Shown here in pieces: positions 56,222 to 64,000 of a stretch of DNA of 64,000 nt. How positions within the stretch are numbered: the stretch's first letter is position 1; each line of letters begins with the position of its first letter. Source of the stretch: Nitrospirota bacterium (GTDB lineage Bacteria; Nitrospirota; Thermodesulfovibrionia; Thermodesulfovibrionales; JdFR-86); NCBI GenBank assembly GCA_963721805.1, contig CAVRJY010000002.1, positions 288,001 through 352,000 of the forward strand. The letters run 5' to 3'. The notes under the pieces are model-generated. The model made no database searches, was not told the origin of the DNA, and saw only the letters and a program-made list of their open reading frames with translations. A program made the position numbers and the translations under genes.

Positions 56222-59200
56222 ATGAAACACACAGGAATCAAAGGAAGCCGAGGAATCCTTTATCTCATCGGGGGGCTATTGGTAATCTGTTGCGCGGTCA
56301 TGGCCGGTCCGGCGCCCGCAATGGCACAAAATGTGCTCACAGGCATCTTCGAGCTCGACGGCAACTCCTATGACGACCCGGCGGTTGCCGGCGAGGACTT
56401 CGACACGATCTGGAACGCGTATAACGGCACGGGGACGACGGATGCCCTGAAGTACGTCTTCATCCCGGACTTTAACACGCCTGACTCAAGCTATTTCGCC
56501 TCGGGGCCCAAGGACACCGACCTGATCAACCCGGTCGCTCCGGCCACGGGGACCCCGCTGCAGTGCGTAACCATAAATAACCCGCTCAACAAAGACGACG
56601 TACTGAGCGCCTATGCGGCCGCATATACAAACACGGGCGGCGACGAGATGGTCGCCTTCGGGGCCGACCGGGGAACGAATAATGGCGACGCCAATTTCGG
56701 GTTCTGGTTTTTCCAGCGGCCCATATCTTGCGACTCATCGGTCAATAACGGCTACTTTAACGGCCACAAGACGGGCGGAGACCTCTTCATCGTAAGCACC
56801 TTCACCCAGGGCGGAGGCGTCTCGACGGTCAGCGTCTATGAATGGACCGACCCCGACGGCATCGCAGAAAACGGGGACGAATGCCTCGCTGACGGGGTCG
56901 ACTGCACGGCGGCCCATAACGGGGTTCCGCTCATCACTGGCAACGACTGCGTGCAATCGGTCGAGACGAGCCAGTACATCTGCGCCACGGTCAATTCACA
57001 GGTTATACAGACCGCATGGCGGCCGAACGTCCTGACCAACATCTTCTACGAAGGGGGGGTGAACCTCACACACCTGATCGGCAATCTGGGATGCTACGCC
57101 TCGTTCATGTCCGAGACGCGCTCTTCGCAGTCCCTGACCGCTACGATCAAGGATTATGCGCTGGGCAAGCTCAGCACGTGCGGCAGCATAACGGCGGTGA
57201 AGACGACGGTCCCTTCCGGTTCGACGCAGGCATTTAACTTCTCCCTGAACCCGGACCCGTATTCCGCTGGCACCCAGTCCCTCTCCGATACACAGCAGTA
57301 CACCTGGGATTCGCTCAAGAAAGGGACATATACCCTTAGTGAGGCTGCGGCTACCGGCTGGGACCTGACCGCTATAGATTGCGGCGACAAGGTTGCCACG
57401 ACCGACCTGACCGCGGGGACCGCGGCCCTGGACCTCGCTCCGAACGAAGACATCGTCTGTACCTTCACCAATACGAAGCGCGGCCAGATCATTATCGAGA
57501 AGAAGACCGTGGGCGCGGACGGAGACTTCGACTTCACAAGCGCAAAGCTCGGAGACTTCAACCTCTCGACGAACAGCAACGATGCGACGCGGACCTTCGG
57601 CAACCTCCTGCCCGGCTCATACGCGGTTGCTGAAAGCGTTCCGGCAGGGTGGGACCTCGCCAACGCGACATGCAGCGACGGCGACGACCCCGGCTCGATT
57701 ACCCTCGTAGCCGGGCAATCCGTCACCTGCACCTTTACGAACGTCAAGAAGCCGCAGATAACCATTACACCGTCCGCGTACAACGAGGTGGGCACTTCGC
57801 ACACCTTCACCGTGACGGTATCGCAGGGGGCAAACGGCCTATCCGGCATCAAGCCGGCCGTCGCCTTCAGCCCTTCGAACCCCGGCTCGGTGACCGACAA
57901 CTGCGCCTCCACCGGCACCAACTCGAGCGGGCAGTGCACCGTCCTGATCAACAGCACGACGGCGGGGACGTTCAGCGCCTCTGCCTCGGCCTCGTTCAGC
58001 ATCAGCGGCGTCAGCTATAGTATCTCCACTAACGGCACCGGCTCCAACAGCGGCCCTGCGGTGAAGACATACGTGGACGGCGGCATCGCGCTGAGCCCGC
58101 TAACGGCCACGAACGCCGTGGGCCGCGTCCATACGATCACCGCTGAGACGTTCATCAACAACGGCACGACCGCTGAAACGCCGGCGGCCGGTGTCACGGT
58201 GAACTTCAGCCTCTCGAACAACACGGCGGGTGCGACCTTTACCGGCAACAACTACTGCGTCTCTAACGCCACCGGCTATTGCTCGGTACAGATCACCTCT
58301 TCTAACCCCGGCACCGTGACGATCAACGCATCCACGACATTAAACGTAGGAGGCGTTACGTTTACCCGCGCGACCAACGGGAATGCCGGGCCCAACGGCA
58401 CCGGGCCGGCAGTGAAGAATTACGTCAATGCGCGTATCAGCATCGGCAACACGGCCACGAACCTGGCGGGCACTCAGCATACCTTCACCGTTACGGTTGA
58501 GGAGGATAACGGCAGCGGGTTTGCGGGCCTCTCCGGCGTTAACCCGGCCGTCGCCTTCAGCCCAACCAACCCGGGCTCGGTGACCGACAACTGCGCCGCG
58601 ACCGGCACGAATTCAAGCGGTCAGTGCACGGTCGTGATAAACAATACGCTGGCCGGGACGTTTTCGGCCTCCGCCTCGCTGACAATCAGCGGCATTAACC
58701 TCACGATCTCCACCAACGGCATCGCGCCCAACAGCGGTCCGGCGGTGAAGACATACGTGGACGGCGGCATAGCGCTCAGCCCGCTTACGGCCACGGACCC
58801 TGTTGGACATGCACATACGATCACGGCCGAGGTCTATGCTGACAACGGCACGACGGTTGAAACGCCGGCGGCTGGCGTCACCGTGACCTTCAGCCTCTCC
58901 AGCAACACTGCTGGCGCCAGCTTTGTCGGCGGCAACAACACCTGCATATCCAACACCAGCGGGTTTTGCTCGGTACAGATCAACTCCACGGCCCCCGGCG
59001 GCGTTGTGATCAACGCCTCGGCGACGCTTACCGTAGGCGGCGTCACGTTCACGCGTGCGACCAACGGCAACGCCGGGCCTAACGGCACCGGACCGGCCTC
59101 GAAGACCTACGTTGCGGGCCAGATCGTCATCCAGAAGGTGACCAACCCGTCCGGCGACCCTCAGCTCTTCACCTTCACGCCGAGCTACGGGAGCCAGTTC

Positions 59201-60184
59201 ACCCTGACGGGCGGAACTTCCGCCAACAGCGGCTATATCGCACCCGGAACCTACTCGGTCAGCGAAACCGCGGTTACGGGCTGGGACCTGACGGGCGCGA
59301 CCTGCGACAACGGAAACAGTCCGGCGTCGATCACCGTCAGCTCGGGCAGCGTCATTACGTGCACCTTCACCAATACCAAGCGCGGTACGGTGAGCGTGAC
59401 CAAAACCCTGTCGGGGACGACGCCCGGTCAGGGGTTCACCTTCGAGATCAGGACCGGGGCGTCTGTTTCATCGCTGGGGACGATACTCGTCTCTGACGTG
59501 ACCGACGCAAGCGGGCTTGCGGATTTCGGCGGCACGCTGTTCGTTCCCGGGACGTATCAGTTCTGTGAAGACAACATGGCGGCCGGCTTCCACTCGTCCC
59601 TCTCGGACGACACCTCGTCGTTCGTACCTGGCGGCACGGACAATAGCGCGGTATGCGTGAACTTCACCCTTGACCCAGGAGAGGCCCAGACCTTTACGGT
59701 CAACGACACGCCGCCTCCTGGCGGGGACGCCCGCACTATCGGATACTGGAAGAACTGGGGCTCGTGCAGCAGCGGAGGGAAGCGCACGACGCTTGACGGC
59801 ACGCTGAGCGGCTTCCCGATCGCGGCCGGACAGACCACGAACGGGGTCTTCGTCGGCAAGCTCTACGTCGATACGTGCCTGGAAGCCGTCGACATCCTGG
59901 CCAAGTCCACCGTGACTTCGCCGCCCAAGAACATGGCCTCGGACGCCGCCTACAACCTCGCAGCACAGCTGCTTGCGGCGGACCTGAACATCCAGGCCGG
60001 GGCGGGCTCGTGCGCTGCCGCGACATCCGCGATCACTCAGGGGCAGGCGCTTCTGACGAGCATCAACTTCAGGGGCACGACGGGTTACCTGCCCGCGAAG
60101 GCGAAGAACAAGGCCGTGCGGAACCATGCGCTGTCGCTTGCAAACACGCTGGATCTGTATAACAACAACGAGCTCTGCCAGTAA
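56222..60184 (+). CDS. Large secreted Thr/Gly-rich protein with prealbumin-like/Ig-like repeats
   Basis: Signal peptide ending AMA-Q; repeated GWDL..C..CTFTN.K units; ~225-aa internal duplication. Confidence 0.88.
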   Translation: MKHTGIKGSRGILYLIGGLLVICCAVMAGPAPAMAQNVLTGIFELDGNSYDDPAVAGEDFDTIWNAYNGTGTTDALKYVFIPDFNTPDSSYFASGPKDTDLINPVAPATGTPLQCVTINNPLNKDDVLSAYAAAYTNTGGDEMVAFGADRGTNNGDANFGFWFFQRPISCDSSVNNGYFNGHKTGGDLFIVSTFTQGGGVSTVSVYEWTDPDGIAENGDECLADGVDCTAAHNGVPLITGNDCVQSVETSQYICATVNSQVIQTAWRPNVLTNIFYEGGVNLTHLIGNLGCYASFMSETRSSQSLTATIKDYALGKLSTCGSITAVKTTVPSGSTQAFNFSLNPDPYSAGTQSLSDTQQYTWDSLKKGTYTLSEAAATGWDLTAIDCGDKVATTDLTAGTAALDLAPNEDIVCTFTNTKRGQIIIEKKTVGADGDFDFTSAKLGDFNLSTNSNDATRTFGNLLPGSYAVAESVPAGWDLANATCSDGDDPGSITLVAGQSVTCTFTNVKKPQITITPSAYNEVGTSHTFTVTVSQGANGLSGIKPAVAFSPSNPGSVTDNCASTGTNSSGQCTVLINSTTAGTFSASASASFSISGVSYSISTNGTGSNSGPAVKTYVDGGIALSPLTATNAVGRVHTITAETFINNGTTAETPAAGVTVNFSLSNNTAGATFTGNNYCVSNATGYCSVQITSSNPGTVTINASTTLNVGGVTFTRATNGNAGPNGTGPAVKNYVNARISIGNTATNLAGTQHTFTVTVEEDNGSGFAGLSGVNPAVAFSPTNPGSVTDNCAATGTNSSGQCTVVINNTLAGTFSASASLTISGINLTISTNGIAPNSGPAVKTYVDGGIALSPLTATDPVGHAHTITAEVYADNGTTVETPAAGVTVTFSLSSNTAGASFVGGNNTCISNTSGFCSVQINSTAPGGVVINASATLTVGGVTFTRATNGNAGPNGTGPASKTYVAGQIVIQKVTNPSGDPQLFTFTPSYGSQFTLTGGTSANSGYIAPGTYSVSETAVTGWDLTGATCDNGNSPASITVSSGSVITCTFTNTKRGTVSVTKTLSGTTPGQGFTFEIRTGASVSSLGTILVSDVTDASGLADFGGTLFVPGTYQFCEDNMAAGFHSSLSDDTSSFVPGGTDNSAVCVNFTLDPGEAQTFTVNDTPPPGGDARTIGYWKNWGSCSSGGKRTTLDGTLSGFPIAAGQTTNGVFVGKLYVDTCLEAVDILAKSTVTSPPKNMASDAAYNLAAQLLAADLNIQAGAGSCAAATSAITQGQALLTSINFRGTTGYLPAKAKNKAVRNHALSLANTLDLYNNNELCQ

Positions 60185-60205
60185 GGGGTTCGGACAGCTT
60201 CAGGG

Positions 60206-60238
60206 AAAGGGGGCCAACGCCGTTGGCCCCCTTTTTTT
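60206..60238 (+). terminator. Intrinsic terminator
   Basis: AAAGGGGGCCAAC-GCC-GTTGGCCCCCTTTTTTT. Confidence 0.88.
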
Positions 60239-60272
60239 GTAGCGTTTGGCTGTCAGGCGTTTCAGGCCTGCG

Positions 60273-61519
60273 TCAGTTTCTGCTGTTGGTACTTTCGCCC
60301 TCGTATTGGAGGAGCCCTTTGTACCGCGTTCCGTCCTCATATTTTGCGAATACCCTGATGCTTCCGGGGCTTATCACGGCATCGCCTTCGAACCGGTCGG
60401 CGACCTTGCGCAAATGAATTTCTCTCCCCCGCTTTCCACGACTATATCCTTCGCACCCGGCGCCCTGAGCTCGAATCTCGTCGCTATGGAAGCCGGGAGA
60501 CCGTAGCTCATGGGGCTGAACAGCCGCACCCTCATCGGAGCGAAGGCGCCAAAGGTCTTCGGCAGGCCATCGCCCGTCCCGGCGTTGCCATCTGACTCGA
60601 TCCGGTACTCGAGCGCCTCGGCGTAGCTGGCGGCCTCGCCGGATTGCTTGGCGAATACGCGCAATGTATATTCGCCCTTAGCGGGCGCAAGGGCGTATAC
60701 GCGCACGACCCCCGCCTCCCGCTGTATGAAGATATCGGACCCCTTTACGGGGCGCCCGCCATCCTGTAAAAGGTCCGCTGTCATGATCGTGCCTTCCGGG
60801 GCGGAAAAATCGACCTTGACCAGACCGTCCGTCCGGATAACGGCCTCGCCGCTGCCCATCACCCGGAGCCCGTTTTTAAAATATGCAGGCAATAGGTTCA
60901 CGAGCTTGCAGAACTCGGCCTTTGAAACTGGCGTTGCAAGGAGCTGCCACTTCGGGTCGTCCGGCAGATGGTCGAAGATAAACTCCTCCGGCGGGGTGAG
61001 GAAGTAATGCTCTTCATAGGCCCTTACGAAGTTCAAGCCGCCGTCCAGATACCCGGCCCCCCATGTCGTATCGAGCAGCATCCACCTGCCATCGATCTTC
61101 ACGGCGTTCCACGCGTGGTTGGGCTTGCTGATGTTGCTTTTGCCAGGGACGTACTCGTAGCCTCTTGAGTACCCCCGGATCCGCACCGCTTCAAGGCCGG
61201 CGGCGTTTGCCATCGCACAAAAGAGACCCGCATACCCTGAGCATACCGCCTGGCGGCCCTGCAGTACACGCCCGGGCGGGAGGTCGCAATACCTGCCGGA
61301 TCTGAGGCCGTCGGCATCATAGTCAATGTTCGCCGTTATCCAGCGGTAGATGGCCAGCGCCTTGGCCCTGTCCCCGTCTAATCCCGCGACGAGGCTCTTT
61401 GCCAGGGCGTCAACCTGCGGATCGTCCGCCGATAGAGCCGTGGACGGTGTCGCCGATATCATGCAGGCGCAAATTATGGCGGTTGCCAGCAATGCCCTGA
61501 GCCGAAACGGTTTCGTCAT
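60273..61519 (-). CDS. Exported transglutaminase-like protein (CYK3/KY type), apparent frameshift near 60415
   Basis: Signal peptide; AVCSGYA, HAWNAV, LDTTW triad; in-frame stop at 60374 but coding-like continuation LRKVADRFEG..LLQYEG to 60273 in another frame. Confidence 0.85.
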
Positions 61520-61752
61520 ATGCGTTCGATATGCTTCAGATGATCGTCCTCCCCAGGAAAATCCATCAGGCAATTGTGCCTTATTTATTGTAAGCGTAGG
61601 GACCGGCCCTAATGCAAATAGGGAAAACTTATAGGCGGGCGTCGAGCTATGGGATTTGCCTGTGTCAGAGCGGCAGGAGACAGATTGCGGCGGCCTGCCT
61701 TGCAAGCGCGCGGTCTATGCATTTTCCCCATCATGCTGTAAAATAACCGAAT

Positions 61753-63141
61753 ATGCCAAAGCCGACTCCAAGCAAAAGGGGTTTGAAGGCCCCTCTCACT
61801 CATGATGCGCCCTCGCGCGCCAAGGCCCCGGCGGAAGACAGCGATAATGCTCTGGGGCCGCAGGCGAGGCTGGCGCGCCTGACGCGGTTTTATTCCGTCT
61901 TAAGCGGGGTCAACGAGGCTATAGTCCGGGTCCGCGATCCCCAGCAGCTCTATACAAAGGTCTGCCGCATCATAGTGGAGCAGGGCGCGTTTACCCTCGC
62001 CTGGATCGGGCTTCTGGAGCCGGAGTCGCGCGAAGTCAGGCAGGCGGCGAGTTACGGCAGGACGGATTATCTCGACGGCATCAGGATCGTAGCAGCGGAC
62101 GTCCCTGAGGGCCGGGGGCCGACCGGCCGCGCCGTCGCCGAGGCCCGGGAGTTCATCTGCAGCGATATCATGGAAGACCCGCTTATGCTGCCCTGGCGGC
62201 AGCGCGCCATTTCCCACGGGCTCCGTTCCTCGGCGTCCTTCCCCCTGCGCATCGGTTCCGAGGCGGTCGGCGCACTGACCATATATTCCGCGATGCCATG
62301 CTTCTTCAGCGACGAGGAGATGGCGCTCCTTTTCTCGCTGGCCGAGGACATCTCCCTGGCGATAGCGTTCATCGAGACCGAGCGCAAGCGCAAGGAGGCG
62401 GAAGACGGCCTCAGGCAGCTAAACGAAGAACTTGAGCGGCGGGTGCTGCAAAGGACGGTCGAGCTTGAGTCCGTCAACAGGGAGCTCGACGCCTTCAGCC
62501 AGTCCGTCGCGCATGACTTGCGCGCACCCCTCCGTTTCATCGACGGCTTCTCGAATATATTGCTGGAAGATCACTCCACGGCCCTGAACGAGGATGGCAG
62601 GAAGCTGCTCTCGTCGATTCGCGGCCATGCCGGCAGGATGGATGAACTCATAAGCGCGCTGCTGTCGCTTGCGCGAGCGGGCCGCCAGGCAATCTCCCTT
62701 TCCCCTCTTGATATGAAATGGCTGGCGGAGTGCGCCTTCGATGAACTGAAGGCTGTTGATCCCTCGAGGGAGGTCCGGTTTATCGCCAAGGCCGTTCCGT
62801 CCGTCAAGGGCGACCTGGTCCTGATCCGGCAGGTTCTTTTCAACCTCATGGGCAATGCCTGGAAGTTCACCTCCAAGCTAAAGGACGCCGTCATAGAATT
62901 CGGGGCCCTTCAGAAGGGCGGCCTGCCCGCCTATTACGTCAGGGACAACGGGGCGGGATTCGACCCCGCGCACGCCGACAGGCTGTTTAAGCCCTTCCAG
63001 CGGTGTCACTCTGACATTGAGTTTGAGGGCACCGGCATAGGCCTGGCTATCGTCGAGCGGATCGTATTGCGTCACGGCGGCAGGGTATGGGCCGAGGGCG
63101 AGACGGGCAGAGGGGCGACCTTCTTTTTCTCATTAGGCTGA
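61753..63141 (+). CDS. GAF-domain sensor histidine kinase
   Basis: GAF (GRGPTGRA, PWRQRA); AHDLRAPL, NLMGNAWKF, DNGAGF, GTGIGL; start uncertain. Confidence 0.93.
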   Translation: MPKPTPSKRGLKAPLTHDAPSRAKAPAEDSDNALGPQARLARLTRFYSVLSGVNEAIVRVRDPQQLYTKVCRIIVEQGAFTLAWIGLLEPESREVRQAASYGRTDYLDGIRIVAADVPEGRGPTGRAVAEAREFICSDIMEDPLMLPWRQRAISHGLRSSASFPLRIGSEAVGALTIYSAMPCFFSDEEMALLFSLAEDISLAIAFIETERKRKEAEDGLRQLNEELERRVLQRTVELESVNRELDAFSQSVAHDLRAPLRFIDGFSNILLEDHSTALNEDGRKLLSSIRGHAGRMDELISALLSLARAGRQAISLSPLDMKWLAECAFDELKAVDPSREVRFIAKAVPSVKGDLVLIRQVLFNLMGNAWKFTSKLKDAVIEFGALQKGGLPAYYVRDNGAGFDPAHADRLFKPFQRCHSDIEFEGTGIGLAIVERIVLRHGGRVWAEGETGRGATFFFSLG

Positions 63142-63389
63142 TAAATACCGGATACCGCGGAATCGGCCGCGTTTGACCGTGGCTTGCCCGCAGGCCGCCT
63201 TACCGCCCCCCGATCCAGCTGTTTTCCCTCTGATTTCGGCTTTTCCTGGTAACCCTAAATTTAGCTATTATATTTTTTTATCTTATGATTTATAATAAGG
63301 AGGTTTTGCCACGGCACGGGGAGGCATCTGAGAGACGGCCCCATGCGGCATTGTATACTAAAATATACGATCTCCATTAAGGAGGAACG

Positions 63390-64000
63390 ATGGGCGGCAA
63401 GGTGCTTGTGGTGGACGACGACGCGGTCGTCTTAAGGAGCTGCGAGAAGATCTTAAAGACCGAGGGCTACGAGGTCCGCCTGACCTCCTCGCCCAAAGAG
63501 GGTCTTGCGATACTGGGCGCTGAGTCCTTCGACGCCCTGATAACCGACATCAAGATGCCCGAGATGGACGGCATAGAGCTGATCCGCAAGGTGCGCTCCC
63601 AGCCGGGCTCCTCGGACGTGGGCATCATCCTCATCACCGGCTTCCCGTCACAGGAAAACATCCGCGAGGCCCTGAAGCTCGGCATCGTGGACTACCTGCC
63701 CAAGCCGTTCTCCCCAGCCCTCCTGCTTGAGGTCGCGGCGCGCGCCATCAAGGGCGCGTCCGCCCAGCCCGAGGAGCCGCAGGAGCAGGACAAGGCCGAG
63801 GCCATGATGGGCGAGATCTCAAAGATCATCCAGCAGTACAAGGGCAGGCCCGGAAGCCTCCTGCCGGTGCTCCATGCGGTCAAGACCCTCGTAGGTGACC
63901 TCACTCCGGTGGTCCAGCGCTACATAGCGCGCGGGATGAACCTGCCGGTGAGCGAGGTCTACGGCGTCGTGTCTTTCTACCCCTCGTTCTCGGGCAAGCG
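63390..64000 (+). CDS. Receiver domain fused to NuoE/HoxE-like subunit (runs off window)
   Basis: AAGGAGG RBS; KVLVVDDD, TDIKMPEMDG, YLPKPF, then GSLLPVLH..YIARGMNLPVSEVYGVVSFY. Confidence 0.88.
   Translation, partial: MGGKVLVVDDDAVVLRSCEKILKTEGYEVRLTSSPKEGLAILGAESFDALITDIKMPEMDGIELIRKVRSQPGSSDVGIILITGFPSQENIREALKLGIVDYLPKPFSPALLLEVAARAIKGASAQPEEPQEQDKAEAMMGEISKIIQQYKGRPGSLLPVLHAVKTLVGDLTPVVQRYIARGMNLPVSEVYGVVSFYPSFSGK

Noticed and set aside
63312..63327. Possible sigma54 promoter CGGCACGGGGAGGCAT
   Set aside because: GG-to-GC spacing is 9, not the required 10.
1..64000. CRISPR array, rRNA, complete prophage
   Set aside because: No regularly spaced repeat-spacer series, rRNA-like sequence, or capsid/portal/tail genes recognised by eye.

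Overview
High-GC bacterial chromosome segment (Nitrospirota/deltaproteobacterial-like gene content; taxon is inference) interrupted by two back-to-back, lower-GC, tRNA-integrated elements. Left host arm (1-13.4 kb): rel, a minimal flagellin, an acyl-CoA synthetase/ACP/acyltransferase fusion, IMPase/FBPase, a TlpA-NosL-ABC operon, tyrS, tRNA-Val/tRNA-Asp and a hexaheme cytochrome. Island 1 (about 13410-44087, in tRNA-Leu(TAA)) carries two tyrosine integrases, an internal attP-like site with a tRNA-Glu half, two VirD4-like ATPases, a 1007-aa RelA/SpoT-domain protein, a TPR-CHAT lipoprotein and a PIN toxin-antitoxin pair. It also carries a cluster of three SpeD-like decarboxylases, a SET protein, a PurD-like ATP-grasp ligase, two GNATs and a kinase with two receivers. 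The best candidate new system is a Hin-like invertible switch next to that cluster: a serine recombinase and an outward-facing promoter lie between two inverted 28-bp sites, and inversion would point the promoter into the speD-speD-SET-ligase-GNAT operon. Island 2 (about 44193-53942, in tRNA-Val(GAC)) is a PICI-like satellite whose primase operon has a consensus sigma54 promoter and IHF site facing its own divergent enhancer-binding protein. Right host arm: acyltransferase, LuxR regulator, large secreted repeat protein, transglutaminase-like protein, GAF kinase and a truncated receiver-NuoE fusion. Scattered single-base frameshifts, one in a host gene, suggest some indel sequencing error.
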